From: a bacterium
GTDB taxonomy: Bacteria > Bacteroidota > Bacteroidia > Bacteroidales > UBA932
DNA: 64,000 nucleotides
Direction of reading: 5' to 3'
NCBI GenBank assembly: GCA_963640265.1
Contig: CAVHYF010000006.1
Span: 4,737-68,736 of the forward strand
The position numbers and the translations under genes were made by a program. Numbering within the stretch: position 1 is the first letter of the stretch; each line of letters starts with the position of its first letter. The notes beneath the pieces are model-generated. The model worked only from the letters and a program-made list of their open reading frames with translations, was not told the origin of the DNA and did no database searches. Below, piece after piece: positions 8,434 to 19,216 of the stretch.

Positions 8434-11034
8434 TTAGAATTGTTGTCCGATAAGGAAATGGAACTGGCTTCTGTCCTTCTTGTCGGTGTTGTCGAAGCCG
8501 TAGCCCCAGTCGATGCCGAGCAGACCGATCATCGGGAGATAGACTCTCACGCCGACTCCTGCGGACCTCTTGATCTGGAACGGATTGAAATTCTTGATGT
8601 CGGACCAGCAGTTACCTCCTTCAAGGAAGCCCAGCACGAAGATCGTGGACTGAGGCTGCAGGATGACAGGATAGCGGAACTCGACAGTGAACTTGTCATA
8701 GACATTGCCCGCATAGTAGCCGTTGGAGTTGTACGGGGTGGCCTCCCAAGGAGTAAGCGAGTAGTTCTCGTAACCGCGCAGCGCGACGATGTCCGCTCCG
8801 TAGGTGTCGTAACCCGACATACCGTCGCCGCCGACCCTGAATCCCTCGAAAGGAGAGTAGCCCCACTTGCGGTTGAAGTAGCCGAGGTAACCGAACTGCG
8901 CACGGGTCATTATGACGAAATCTCCCAGAACTTTGGTGTACAGTTCGCCGCTCACCTTCCACTTGTGGTACTCGATCCACTTGTAGCGTTCGGCGGAGGA
9001 CCAGTTGTCGTAGTTGATGTCCTTGTAGCTGGAGACCTTCGTAGGGTTGCCGTCCGCGTCAAGGTTGCCGATGTCCTTTTTCCTGAACAATGAATATGGC
9101 GGCGTGATCTGCAGGCTGGCGCTGAAGTTCGATCCCATACGAGGATAGATCTGCTGGTCGGTGGAATTCCTGCTCAGGCTGACGGTGTAGTTGAGGTTGT
9201 GCGACTTGCCGTCGTTGAACATGAAGTAGCCGTTGATCCAGTTCTTCAGGTCATAGGTCTGCCAGCTGATGCCGTTGTAAAGCACGAAATAGTTGTCCGG
9301 CCACTTGAGCCTGGTGCCGATGCCGGCGGAAAAGCCGTAGATCTCCATCACCTTGTCGTTGGACAGGATTCCTATCGCGAGATAGGAGTCCGTCTGGCGG
9401 GTGTAGTAAGCCTGGAGATTGAGCGACGTAGGCTTCTTGCCGAAAAGCCACGGCTCCGAGAACCCGAAGATCAGCGAGGTGTAATAAGTACCGTTGGTCT
9501 GGAAGCGGAGCGAAAGATTCTGCGCGTCTCCAAGAGGGACAGGTCTCCAGGCGGTCTTGTCGAAGAACCTTCTCGTGGAGAAGTTGTTGAAGTTCACGCC
9601 CACGGTCGCCACGAATGTATTGGCACCCCATCCTCCGGAAAGCTCCAGCTGGCTGGAAGGCTTTTCGGTCACGTTATAGATAAGGTCAACCGTGTTGTTC
9701 AGCTGGTTCGGAATGATGGAATAGCCCTTGGACGCATCGGTGATGGCCTCCGGGTCGAACTGGCCGAGCGAGGCGATTTCCCTGATGGACCTTTCGAACG
9801 CCGTCTGGCTGAAAAGATAGCCCGGCATCGTGAATATCTGCCTGCGGACAACCCTTTCGTTGGTCAGGGTGTTGCCGTTGATCACGATGTTGTTCAGCGT
9901 AGCCTGCTTGCCTTCGGAAATTCTCATCTCGACATCGACCGAATCCCCTTCGATGTTCAGTTCGACAGGAGTCACGTTGAAGAACAGATAGCCGTTGTCC
10001 CGATATTCCTTGGACACGTCCTGGTCACCCTGCTTGCCGCCTCCGAAAAGACGCTTCTGCATCGTCACCATATCATAGACGTCGCCCTTGCCGATCTTGA
10101 GAATGCTGTTGAGCTGGTCGGACGAATAGACCGAATTTCCTGTCCAGGAAATGTTCCTGAAATAGTATTTCTTACCCTCGTCGATCTTGAAGTCGATTCC
10201 GAGCCTGTCAGGTGTCACATAGTAGATCGAGTCCTTCACTATGCGCGCGTCCCTGAAACCGGCCTCGTTGAGCTTGCTGATCAGGCTGTTCTTGTCGTTG
10301 GGATATTCCTTTTCGTTGAATTTCTTGCTGTTGAAGAAGTTGTACCATTTCTTGGCCTTGGTCTTCTTCATCGCCCTGGAAAGCTTGTACTCGGAGAGTT
10401 CAGTGCTGCCGATGAAGTTGATGTCGCGCACGCGGACCTTCGCGCCGCGGTCAACCGCGAAGTTCACGCGGATGGCGTTCTTGATGATCGAGTCCTTCTG
10501 GGTCTGCACGTCCACCTTGCAGTTCAGGAAACCTTTCTCGGCGTAGAACCTCTTGATGATGTCTGTTGAAGTCTTGGCGACATATTCGGAGAACTCGCCG
10601 CCGCGGCGGAGGTTGAGCCTTTCGTCAAGATCCTTCTGCTCTCCCTTCTTGACACCGGTGAACAGCCATCTGGACACCCTCGGGCGTTCCTTGATGGTGA
10701 TCTTGAAGAAAGCGGAGTCCCCCTGGGCGCTGAGGTGGTCGATCGACAGGGCGACATCCTCGAAATAGCGCTGCATCCAGAGTCTGGTGACGATGGATGA
10801 GAGATCGTCGCTCGGCACCGTGACGCTCATTCCTTTCTGGAGTCCCGTCAGGGAAACTATCTGCTGTTCGCTGAAATAATGGTTCCCATCCACAGAAATA
10901 CCGCCCACGACATACGTCTGAGGACGGTCGAAATCAACTGTGACGTCTTCCTCCGATTTCTCGGCGTTCTGTCCGAAAGCCAAAGTCCCCGCGAGGGACA
11001 AGGCGACAATGCACAAAAAACGATATCTTCTCAT
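8434..11034 (-). CDS. bamA: Outer membrane protein assembly factor BamA
   Basis: POTRA repeats, ALRGY loop-6 motif, GIDWGYGFD, C-terminal GQQF. Confidence 0.96.
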   Translation of the reverse strand: MRRYRFLCIVALSLAGTLAFGQNAEKSEEDVTVDFDRPQTYVVGGISVDGNHYFSEQQIVSLTGLQKGMSVTVPSDDLSSIVTRLWMQRYFEDVALSIDHLSAQGDSAFFKITIKERPRVSRWLFTGVKKGEQKDLDERLNLRRGGEFSEYVAKTSTDIIKRFYAEKGFLNCKVDVQTQKDSIIKNAIRVNFAVDRGAKVRVRDINFIGSTELSEYKLSRAMKKTKAKKWYNFFNSKKFNEKEYPNDKNSLISKLNEAGFRDARIVKDSIYYVTPDRLGIDFKIDEGKKYYFRNISWTGNSVYSSDQLNSILKIGKGDVYDMVTMQKRLFGGGKQGDQDVSKEYRDNGYLFFNVTPVELNIEGDSVDVEMRISEGKQATLNNIVINGNTLTNERVVRRQIFTMPGYLFSQTAFERSIREIASLGQFDPEAITDASKGYSIIPNQLNNTVDLIYNVTEKPSSQLELSGGWGANTFVATVGVNFNNFSTRRFFDKTAWRPVPLGDAQNLSLRFQTNGTYYTSLIFGFSEPWLFGKKPTSLNLQAYYTRQTDSYLAIGILSNDKVMEIYGFSAGIGTRLKWPDNYFVLYNGISWQTYDLKNWINGYFMFNDGKSHNLNYTVSLSRNSTDQQIYPRMGSNFSASLQITPPYSLFRKKDIGNLDADGNPTKVSSYKDINYDNWSSAERYKWIEYHKWKVSGELYTKVLGDFVIMTRAQFGYLGYFNRKWGYSPFEGFRVGGDGMSGYDTYGADIVALRGYENYSLTPWEATPYNSNGYYAGNVYDKFTVEFRYPVILQPQSTIFVLGFLEGGNCWSDIKNFNPFQIKRSAGVGVRVYLPMIGLLGIDWGYGFDNTDKKDRSQFHFLIGQQF

Positions 11035-11062
11035 CGAATCGTATTTTCTTGAGTTAAAGTTG

Positions 11063-11070
11063 CAAATATA
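11063..11070 (-). promoter_or_regulatory. -7 promoter element for bamA
   Basis: TATATTTG. Confidence 0.65.
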
Positions 11071-11076
11071 CGCAAG

Positions 11077-11802
11077 TTATTTCACTTTTCCATACCTGCG
11101 GTTCCTTCGGGAGTACTCCTCCAGAGCCTTGCGGAATTCTTCCTTCCTGAAATCAGGCCACATCACGTCCACGGAAAGCAGTTCGGAATAGGCCGCCTGC
11201 CAAAGCAGGAAGTTGCTTATCCTCTTTTCTCCGGAAGTGCGTATCACCAGGTCCGGATCAGGGATGCCGGCGGTGGACAGGCGGGATTCGAAATCCTCGA
11301 AACCGATCCTCTCAGCCCCTTCCGGATTGTCTGAATATTCAACGGCAAGTTTCCGGGCGGCCTGCAGGATGTCCCATTTGCCGCTGTAGCTGAGGAAAAC
11401 CACAAGAGTAAGGAGAGGTTCGGTCCCCGGTGCCGGGGCTGTCTTCTCCTCGGCCTTACGGATGGCCTCGACGAGTTCCGGGTTCAGCCTCGAAAGGTTG
11501 CCTATGACCCTGAACGATACGCCTTTTTCAGCGAGGGAATCTATCTCGTCCGCTATCGACTTCATCATAAGACTCATAAGAGCCCCGACCTCGGCCGCCG
11601 GGCGGCCCCAGTTCTCTTCCGAAAACGCGAAGAGGGAGAGATATTTCACCCCTTCTTCAGCTGCGGCTTCCACGCAGGCTCTGACGCTCTCTACGCCGTT
11701 GAGATGCCCGAAGACCCTTTCCTGCCCCCGTTCCTTCGCCCAGCGTCCGTTGCCGTCCATAATGATGGCCACGTGGACCGGTATGTTGCTTGTGCCGTTC
11801 AT
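11077..11802 (-). CDS. uppS: Undecaprenyl diphosphate synthase
   Basis: HVAIIMDGNGRWA, FSEENW, DLVIRTSGEKRISNFLLWQ, RRYG. Confidence 0.96.
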   Translation of the reverse strand: MNGTSNIPVHVAIIMDGNGRWAKERGQERVFGHLNGVESVRACVEAAAEEGVKYLSLFAFSEENWGRPAAEVGALMSLMMKSIADEIDSLAEKGVSFRVIGNLSRLNPELVEAIRKAEEKTAPAPGTEPLLTLVVFLSYSGKWDILQAARKLAVEYSDNPEGAERIGFEDFESRLSTAGIPDPDLVIRTSGEKRISNFLLWQAAYSELLSVDVMWPDFRKEEFRKALEEYSRRNRRYGKVK

Positions 11803-11829
11803 CTGTGTTTTTTACGCTTATGCCGGATT

Positions 11830-12672
11830 TCAGCAGTCCTGCTGCGGCTCTTCGCTGTTCCGGATGTCTTCACCCCAGAAAAGTTTTGTCGTAAGAGCCT
11901 TTATGAAACTTGTATTTTCCAGACGGACCCTTTTAAGCGAAAACTGTGCCACCTTCACTTCAAGTCTTGCCGACGGGACTATGAGATGGTTCCGGTTGTC
12001 CATCGAAAGCATCACCCTGTCATCCCTGGAGCGCATCGTGATGGAGATTCCGGTGGAGTCCGGCACGACCAGCGGACGCGCGTACAGATTGTGCGGGGCG
12101 ATCGGAGCTATGATGAGGACCTTCGCGTCGGGAGAACAGATGGGGCCGCCCACGCTCAACGAATATGCCGTCGAACCCGAGCTGGTCGCAACCAGCAGTC
12201 CGTCAGCCCAATAGGTCGGAAGAGGATTGCCGTCGATGGTAACGTCGATTCCCAGCAGGGCCGCGCCCGAACGGTTGACGGCGACTTCGTTCAGCGAATA
12301 CGGACAGAAAGATGAGCCGTCATCGAGGAATTCTCCTTCGACTCCCGTCTGCAGAAGCGCCCTGTCCTCAAGATACCACCCTCCGTTCAGGAGAGCCTCG
12401 CAGACCTCCTCGGGACTGTATTCGGAAAGAAAGCCCAGACGGCCGAGATTGACCCCGACCACCGGGACCCCGCTCTCCCCCACGCACCTTGCTGCGGAAA
12501 GGAATGTCCCGTCGCCTCCGACGCTCATCACAAGGTCCGTCCCGGCGACGATGTCATCTCCGCCGCCTGCTTCATAAAGTTCAAAGGAGGACCGCTCAAG
12601 CCTTTCGAACATCGCGGAAAGCCTCGGATTGTCCGTCAGCCCGCCTTCTCTTGAATATACCGCTATCTTCAT
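11830..12672 (-). CDS. nadK: NAD kinase
   Basis: GGDGTFL, GVNLGRLGFL, NE, ADGLLVAT, GSTAYSLSVGGP. Confidence 0.94.
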   Translation of the reverse strand: MKIAVYSREGGLTDNPRLSAMFERLERSSFELYEAGGGDDIVAGTDLVMSVGGDGTFLSAARCVGESGVPVVGVNLGRLGFLSEYSPEEVCEALLNGGWYLEDRALLQTGVEGEFLDDGSSFCPYSLNEVAVNRSGAALLGIDVTIDGNPLPTYWADGLLVATSSGSTAYSLSVGGPICSPDAKVLIIAPIAPHNLYARPLVVPDSTGISITMRSRDDRVMLSMDNRNHLIVPSARLEVKVAQFSLKRVRLENTSFIKALTTKLFWGEDIRNSEEPQQDC

Positions 12673-12770
12673 CAATAATAAAATACTGCCTTATGCCGCC
12701 GTCTTCATCTGACTGATGTCTTCATCTGAAAGATGTCGTTTCAGCCGTTTCCGGAAAAACGTTCAAAAAC

Positions 12771-12819
12771 CAAAATTAGCACAAATCTGAATAAAACTGA
12801 ACAGAAATCATTACTTTTG
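12771..12819. promoter_or_regulatory. Divergent promoters for nadK (-) and pdxJ (+)
   Basis: TAATTTTG on - at 12771-12778; TACTTTTG on + at 12812-12819. Confidence 0.65.
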
Positions 12820-12850
12820 TGAATTACGGCTTGAAGAAAAATCAGAAGAA

Positions 12851-13570
12851 ATGACAAGATTAAGCGTAAACATCAACAAGATAGCGACGCTCCGGAATGC
12901 ACGCGGAGGGAATATGCCCGATGTGGAGAAAGCGGCCGTCGACTGTGAACGTTTCGGGGCCGAAGGCATCACCGTCCACCCCAGACCGGATGAAAGGCAC
13001 ATAAGATACTCAGACGTGCGGGCCATCAGACCTACTGTCACGACGGAATTCAACATAGAAGGCAATCCCATTCCAAGTTTCGTGGACCTCGTGCTGGAAG
13101 TTGTTCCGGACCAGGTCACCCTCGTTCCTGACGCGCACGATGCGATCACTTCCAACAAGGGATGGGACACCGTGGCCAACAAGGATTTTCTGACCGGAAT
13201 CTGCACCAGGTTCAAAGCCAAGGGAATACGCACGTCAATATTCATTGACCCCGACCCCGCCGCCGCGGAAGGGGCGAAGGCCTGCGGCTGCGACCGCGTG
13301 GAACTCTACACCGCAGCCTACGCCGAGCAATATCCTGCGGATCCGGACAAGGCGATAGCCCCTTACCTGGCCGCCGCCGAGAGGGCGAGGGAACTCGGAC
13401 TCGGACTGAACGCCGGACACGACCTCAACCTTGAGAACCTCGAGCATTTCATCCGCACAATCCCCTGGACTGATGAAGTTTCAATAGGTCACGCCATCAT
13501 CTGCGACGCCCTCTATATGGGACTGGAGAAAACAATCGGAGCCTATCTGTCGAAAATCAAGATTTTTTAA
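12851..13570 (+). CDS. pdxJ: Pyridoxine 5'-phosphate synthase
   Basis: [40 protein letters not shown]. Confidence 0.96.
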   Translation: MTRLSVNINKIATLRNARGGNMPDVEKAAVDCERFGAEGITVHPRPDERHIRYSDVRAIRPTVTTEFNIEGNPIPSFVDLVLEVVPDQVTLVPDAHDAITSNKGWDTVANKDFLTGICTRFKAKGIRTSIFIDPDPAAAEGAKACGCDRVELYTAAYAEQYPADPDKAIAPYLAAAERARELGLGLNAGHDLNLENLEHFIRTIPWTDEVSIGHAIICDALYMGLEKTIGAYLSKIKIF

Positions 13571-13630
13571 CTATTTTTGTGGTTCTGACACATAGCTTTC
13601 AGGAAAATATTAATCAACACATCATTTATA

Positions 13631-14299
13631 ATGAAACAGACACCTCTCATCATCAGCATCATAGCCCTCGTGGCTGTGGCCGCTCTGGCAGTCAGCCAGC
13701 TCACCTCTGAAGGAAACGGGAAAAAGAAGGCCGCCGGAGAAGCCGCGGAAACCTCAGCCCAGGCCGGAGCCATCGTATGGTTCGACCTTGACAGGGTTCT
13801 CGATGAATACGATATGGCCAACGACCTCCGTTCCGTAGTGGAGACCAAGGCACAGAGCATCCAGGAAGAGATCAACAGAAGGGGCAACAAACTCCAGAGC
13901 GACTACAACAAGCTGCAGTCGGACATCAACAAGGGCCTTCTCGTACGTTCGGTGGCCGAGCAGAGGGGACTCAAGCTTCAGGAGCAGCAGAACAAGTTCA
14001 ACAACTACACCGCCCAGAAGCAGCAGGAGATGGCTGAAGAGCAGCAGGTGATGATGAACCAGCTCGGCGACGCCATCAAGACCTTCCTCGACAAGTTCAA
14101 CGAGGAACACAAGTATGCGATGATCATCGCCACCCAGGGAAGCGTGCTCCCTGCGCCTGTAGCCACCGGCGACCCTGAACTCGACGTCACCGACGCCATC
14201 CTTGCAGGTCTGAACGATGAATATGTCCAGAGCAAGGGTAAAGGCAAGACCACCGAGGCGGCTCCTGCCGAGGCGGCCGAAGAAGAAAAGGCTGAATAG
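13631..14299 (+). CDS. OmpH/Skp family protein (second paralog, N-terminal membrane anchor)
   Basis: Hydrophobic N-terminus, IVWFDLD, Q-rich coiled coil, DVTDAILAGLN. Confidence 0.8.
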   Translation: MKQTPLIISIIALVAVAALAVSQLTSEGNGKKKAAGEAAETSAQAGAIVWFDLDRVLDEYDMANDLRSVVETKAQSIQEEINRRGNKLQSDYNKLQSDINKGLLVRSVAEQRGLKLQEQQNKFNNYTAQKQQEMAEEQQVMMNQLGDAIKTFLDKFNEEHKYAMIIATQGSVLPAPVATGDPELDVTDAILAGLNDEYVQSKGKGKTTEAAPAEAAEEEKAE

Positions 14300-14301
14300 A
14301 G

Positions 14302-15432
14302 TTGAGAATAGCCCTGCTTTCGTGCTTCTATCCCTTCAGAGGAGGGATTTCCCAGTTCAACGCCAGCCTGATGCTGGAACTGGGCAAGACCTGCACGGTC
14401 AAGGCCTTCAATTTCAAAAGGCAGTACCCGGAGTTTCTGTTTCCGGGAAAAACCCAATACGTTACCAAGGATGACGATGCCGTGCCCGTGGAGAGCGAAG
14501 TTCTCCTGGACACGGCCAATCCTTTCACCTACGGCAAGACATACAGGGCGATCCGCGACTGGAATCCCGACCTTGTCATCATAAGCTACTGGATGTCCTA
14601 TTTCGCGCCGTCCCTGGGCTGGATCGCCAGGCGGCTCAGAAAACGCTGCAGAGTTGTCTCAGTCCTTCACAACGTGACTCCGCACGAGCCGAGATTCTTC
14701 GATGCTCCGCTGACGAAATACTTCCTGTCGGGATGCACGGGCAACGTCACTCTCTGCGACGACGTCGCCGAAGACCTCAGAAGACTCTCCCCGAAGGCCA
14801 GGAACCTGACTCTCTTCCATCCGATCTACGAACACTTCGGAGAAAAGATTCCGAGAGCGGAGGCCGAAAGGATTCTCGGGCTGGAACCGGGCAGAAAGAA
14901 CCTGCTCTTCTTCGGTCTCATCAGAGAGTACAAGGGGCTGGACATCCTGCTGAACGCATTCTCGAAACTGGACGACGGCTATCAGCTGATAGTGGCCGGA
15001 GAGCCTTACGGTTCATTCGAAAAGTACCGGCAGATAATCGACCGGTCGCCCGCGAAGGACAGGATCAGGCTGTTCACTCACTACATCAAGGATTCGGAAG
15101 TCAAGGACTATTTCTCCGCGGCCGACCTCGCAGTGCTGCCTTACCGCACTGCCACGCAGAGCGGCATCAGCGCGATAGCCTTCCACTTTGAAGTGCCGAT
15201 GGTCGTGACCGACGTCGGCGGCCTCAGGCAGTCCATCGGAGACACCGGAACGGGGCTTGTCGCGCAGAAGCCGGACGAGGAGAGCATAATCCGGGAAATC
15301 AAAGCCTTCTTCGCCGACAGGAATCTCCAGACTCTCTGCATCAGTTCGATCAGGGCGGAAAGGGAGAGGCTTTCCTGGAAGTCATTCTGCAGGAAACTCC
15401 TGGACTTTTCAGAGAAGCTATACATCAGGTAA
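14302..15432 (+). CDS. GT4 family glycosyltransferase (TTG start)
   Basis: YPFRGGI, LLFFGLIREYKGLD, LPYRTATQSG, VTDVGGL. Confidence 0.9.
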   Translation: MRIALLSCFYPFRGGISQFNASLMLELGKTCTVKAFNFKRQYPEFLFPGKTQYVTKDDDAVPVESEVLLDTANPFTYGKTYRAIRDWNPDLVIISYWMSYFAPSLGWIARRLRKRCRVVSVLHNVTPHEPRFFDAPLTKYFLSGCTGNVTLCDDVAEDLRRLSPKARNLTLFHPIYEHFGEKIPRAEAERILGLEPGRKNLLFFGLIREYKGLDILLNAFSKLDDGYQLIVAGEPYGSFEKYRQIIDRSPAKDRIRLFTHYIKDSEVKDYFSAADLAVLPYRTATQSGISAIAFHFEVPMVVTDVGGLRQSIGDTGTGLVAQKPDEESIIREIKAFFADRNLQTLCISSIRAERERLSWKSFCRKLLDFSEKLYIR

Positions 15433-15456
15433 GTAAGACTATTATTAATATATAAG

Positions 15457-17157
15457 ATGAAGATACGCTTAACAGCCACGCTGGTCTCGCTGCTCTGTCT
15501 TGCGGCGGTTCCGACCCCGGAAGCATCGGCACAGGAATATTCAGCCACGCAGGTCACGGTGTCAAAGGAAAAGGTACGCCGCGACGGGAAGATCTATCTT
15601 TCCCACGTCGTGCTGGAACGCCAGACGCTGTACTCCATCTGCAAAGCCTACGGAGTGACTCTGCAGGAGGTCTATGATGCCAACAAGGCATTGAATCTCG
15701 AGACTGAAGGACTGAAGAAGGACCAGATCCTGTTCATTCCGTTCAAGGAGGACTCCGTACAGGAAACCCCGGCGGAAGATGTCAGCCGGACCGGTCAGAC
15801 CCCCGGGCAGCAGGTAAAGAGTTCCGCCGTACAGGAAAGCGACTATTTCATCCACCGTGTCAAATGGTTCGAAGACCTTGAAACCATCGCCAGGAAATAC
15901 TCCGTCTCCAAGGAGTCCATAATGAACATCAACGGGATGACCTCGGAAAAGGTCAGGCGCAAGGACGAACTGAAGATTCCGCGAGACTCGAAGAAATGGG
16001 AGACACTGAAGGCCGAGACTGAAAAAACAGACGCCAAACCCGAGGCGGCCCTGGACTCGACGGCAAAAGACAGCAAAAGCAATGAGGGAATATTCGAGCG
16101 CATCTTCCCGAAAAAGGAGAAGCACGGAGTCAGAATCGCTGTGCTGATGCCTTTCAAGGCATCAAACAATCCGGACGGCCAGATGCTGGACTTCTACAGC
16201 GGAGCGCTTCTCGCGGCCAGGCATCTGGGCAAGGACAATGACATAACCCTCAACACCTACGACGCATACCTTGCTTCAAGCTACTCGGCAGACGAACTCG
16301 GAAAGAACGACTTCATCATCGGACCGGTCTCCTGCACCGACATCCTCAGGGCAGCGGGCGCGGCAGGAAATTCGTGGGTGGTCTCTCCACTGGACCAGCG
16401 TGCTGAAGCGATTGCGGACACCGTACGGAACGTCATCCAGGCCCCTTCCTCCGTCACCTCGCAGATCAAGGACATGATAAGCTGGATCGAAGGCGACACC
16501 CGCAGCGGTGACAAGACGATAGTGTTCACCCAGAAGGGAGCCTCGACCGCAGGCTACGCCGGGAAAGTGCTCAACGAAGTGTCGAGGTCGGGCATAAGCC
16601 ACGGCAGCATTTCGTTCAACATCCTGGAGGGCAGGCAGATGATGGGCAAGCTGGAAGGAATGATGACAGGCAGCGGGACCAACAGAATCGTCATCGCCTC
16701 CGACAACAAGGCCTTCGTCATCGAGGTTGTCCGGCTGCTTTACCTGCTGTCAAGCCAGAACAAGGACATCGTGCTGTACGGAACGGCAAAGACAAGAACC
16801 TTCGATGAAATCGACATCGAACAGCTGCACGCGCTCAAACTCCACGCGAGCGTTTCCTACTATGTGGACTACACTTCAAAGGATGTCCAGCAGTTCCTGA
16901 AGGAATACCGGGCCCTTTTCAACGCCGAACCAAGCAGGTCGGCCTTCCAGGGCTACGACCTGATGAAATATTTCTCGACGGTCGATGCTGAATATGGGAA
17001 CGGCATAGAACAGGCCGGAACGCTGCCTTCGGCAAGAGGCCTTCAGTCGGACATCCGGCTGACCAGGACAACACGCGGAGGCTTCGTCAACGGAGCCGTG
17101 CGCAGGATAGTTTACGGTACAGACTATTCAATCACCCTGGCCGGAGCCGAGCAGTGA
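15457..17157 (+). CDS. LysM-domain protein with C-terminal periplasmic-binding-protein-like domain
   Basis: Two LysM repeats (QTLYSICKAYGV; LETIARKYSVS), IAVLMPF, DFYSG, IIGP, GYD; 3' end overlaps recN by 30 nt. Confidence 0.82.
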   Translation: MKIRLTATLVSLLCLAAVPTPEASAQEYSATQVTVSKEKVRRDGKIYLSHVVLERQTLYSICKAYGVTLQEVYDANKALNLETEGLKKDQILFIPFKEDSVQETPAEDVSRTGQTPGQQVKSSAVQESDYFIHRVKWFEDLETIARKYSVSKESIMNINGMTSEKVRRKDELKIPRDSKKWETLKAETEKTDAKPEAALDSTAKDSKSNEGIFERIFPKKEKHGVRIAVLMPFKASNNPDGQMLDFYSGALLAARHLGKDNDITLNTYDAYLASSYSADELGKNDFIIGPVSCTDILRAAGAAGNSWVVSPLDQRAEAIADTVRNVIQAPSSVTSQIKDMISWIEGDTRSGDKTIVFTQKGASTAGYAGKVLNEVSRSGISHGSISFNILEGRQMMGKLEGMMTGSGTNRIVIASDNKAFVIEVVRLLYLLSSQNKDIVLYGTAKTRTFDEIDIEQLHALKLHASVSYYVDYTSKDVQQFLKEYRALFNAEPSRSAFQGYDLMKYFSTVDAEYGNGIEQAGTLPSARGLQSDIRLTRTTRGGFVNGAVRRIVYGTDYSITLAGAEQ

Positions 17158-18816
17158 CCTGGCATTCTCCAGTGCGGCGGGCGTAATCCGGCTGCCGCTC
17201 AGCATACGCGCTATCTCCTGCAGCCTGTCCTGCCCTGAAACCGGGCGGATGGATGTCGTGGCCTTGCCCAGGACGTCATATTCCTTTTCCACGAGATAAT
17301 GGGCGTTCCCTTTTGCGGCCACCTGAGGCAGGTGGGTTATGGCGAAGACCTGCATATCCTTGCCCATCCTGCAGATCATCCGGCCCATCTTGTCCGCCAC
17401 GCTGCCGGACACGCCGGAATCTATCTCGTCGAAAATCAGCGTAGGCATATTCACGAACCTTGCCATCATCGCCTTGAGACAGAGCATCAGACGGGACATC
17501 TCTCCGCCTGAAGCGCATTTGGCGACATCGGTCGGGGCCGTCCCTGAAGCGGAGAAAAGGAATCTCACCGAATCAGTTCCGGAGGCGGAAGCAGACGCCT
17601 GCGCAACCTCGACCTCAAACACCGAATATTCCATCTCGAGCGAACGGACCGATTCCTGGATGGCGGCGGCGAAAGGAACGGCGGAAGCGGTCCTGGCATC
17701 GTGCAGACGCAGGCATATTCCTTCATATCTTTTCCTTTCGGCTTCAATCCTGGATTCAAGTTCCTCACGGCGTTCCTCCATAGAGGCGGAGTCCGCCAGC
17801 GAGGCTGTCATTTCGTCGCGCTTCGCGATGAGTTCGCCCACGGAAGATGCGGAAAAGTTCTTGAGAAGGCCGTACAGCTGACCGAGACGGTCTTCGACCG
17901 ATTCAAGCCTCTCCTGAGAGAGTTCTATCCGTGAATTGGCCGAGACGACTTCCTCGAGGATGTCGTCCAGTTCGGTTCTGGAGGATTCTATCCTTTCGGA
18001 CAGGGAGGCCGCCTCAGGAATGAATCCCTTGACCTTCTCCAACTTTCTCTGCGCTTCCTTGAGCGCGGTCGAAATGGACATTCCGTCCGAATCAGGGTCG
18101 GAAGGCGCGAACAGATTCTCGACCCCGCACAGATTCTCCTTTATCTCTTCAGCGTTGGCAAGCCTTTTCTGTTCGGCTTCAAGTTCCTCCAGTTCGCCTT
18201 CCTTCAGATGCGCCTCTTCTAGCCTGGCGCAGCGCGAACGGAGATATTCCTCCTCCTCGGCAAGCCTGGCGATTTCGGCGTTCAGTCCGGACAGTTCCTT
18301 CTCCAGCGACCTGAGGCTGCGGAACGACTCGCCGCACTCCGCAGCAAGGGGCACGTTGCCCGCGTAGTGGTCAAGCATCGAAAGCTGGAATGCACGGTCG
18401 GCGAGCAGCAGGGTCTGGTGCTGCGAATGGATGTCTATGAGCCGGGAGGATATTCCCTGAAGGGTCTGGACAGGCACCGGCGAATCATTGACGAATGAAC
18501 GCGAACGTCCGGAGCGGCCTACAACCCTCCGGACGATAAGTTCTCCGTTTTCACATTCGATTCCGCCGTCTTCCAGCAGCATTGAAATGTCAGCATCGGA
18601 TTCGGGTACCCTGAACACCGCCTCGACGACGCAGTTGTCCGCGTCCGGTCCGATGACCGATGCGTCCGCCTTGGCTCCGAGCAGAAGAGAAAGCGCTCCG
18701 AGCAGGATGGACTTGCCCGCCCCTGTCTGACCTGAAATTATGACCAGCCCCTCCGGAAACTCCACGTCCAGAGAGTCTATCAGAACGTAGTTCCTGATCT
18801 GAAGGGACTGAAGCAT
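17128..18816 (-). CDS. recN: DNA repair protein RecN
   Basis: GQTGAGKS, IHSQH, ASGGEMSR, FDEIDSGVSG, ITHLPQVAA. Confidence 0.96.
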   Translation of the reverse strand: MLQSLQIRNYVLIDSLDVEFPEGLVIISGQTGAGKSILLGALSLLLGAKADASVIGPDADNCVVEAVFRVPESDADISMLLEDGGIECENGELIVRRVVGRSGRSRSFVNDSPVPVQTLQGISSRLIDIHSQHQTLLLADRAFQLSMLDHYAGNVPLAAECGESFRSLRSLEKELSGLNAEIARLAEEEEYLRSRCARLEEAHLKEGELEELEAEQKRLANAEEIKENLCGVENLFAPSDPDSDGMSISTALKEAQRKLEKVKGFIPEAASLSERIESSRTELDDILEEVVSANSRIELSQERLESVEDRLGQLYGLLKNFSASSVGELIAKRDEMTASLADSASMEERREELESRIEAERKRYEGICLRLHDARTASAVPFAAAIQESVRSLEMEYSVFEVEVAQASASASGTDSVRFLFSASGTAPTDVAKCASGGEMSRLMLCLKAMMARFVNMPTLIFDEIDSGVSGSVADKMGRMICRMGKDMQVFAITHLPQVAAKGNAHYLVEKEYDVLGKATTSIRPVSGQDRLQEIARMLSGSRITPAALENARSLLGSGQGD

Positions 18817-18825
18817 CTGTCCGGA

Positions 18826-19188
18826 CTACTCTCCGTCTCCGAAATTCTCCTTTGCAGGCTGCTGCGCTTCCTCATCGGCGCCGGCGGTCCTGTAATAGAG
18901 CTCACCGTCCTCGAACTCGGAGATGGCGATGAGGTCCGGCTTCGGAAGTTTCTCGTAATACTTTGAAATCTCTATCTGCTCCCTGTTCTCGAACACCTCG
19001 TCCATCGTGTCGCGGTCGGTGCGGAAATCCTCAAGTTTCTTTGCAAGTTCCTTCTTCTCTGCGAGAGAAATCTGATTGGCTCTCTTGTAGAGGAGAACGA
19101 CTGTCTCATAGATGTTGCCGGTCGGTTCGGCCAGATACTTGATGTCCCTTGTGATCGTGTTTCCGGGAACTTTCTTCTTTACTTCCAT
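18826..19188 (-). CDS. rpoZ: RNA polymerase omega subunit
   Basis: TGNIYE, KRANQI, EVFENREQIEISKYYEKLPKP (Bacteroidetes form). Confidence 0.92.
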   Translation of the reverse strand: MEVKKKVPGNTITRDIKYLAEPTGNIYETVVLLYKRANQISLAEKKELAKKLEDFRTDRDTMDEVFENREQIEISKYYEKLPKPDLIAISEFEDGELYYRTAGADEEAQQPAKENFGDGE

Positions 19189-19216
19189 ATTCCTTGATGA
19201 ATGTTATCTAAAATAT

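Noticed and set aside
17128..17157. Convergent 30-nt overlap of the LysM gene and recN
   Set aside because: Short 3' overlaps are common in compact genomes; no further signal
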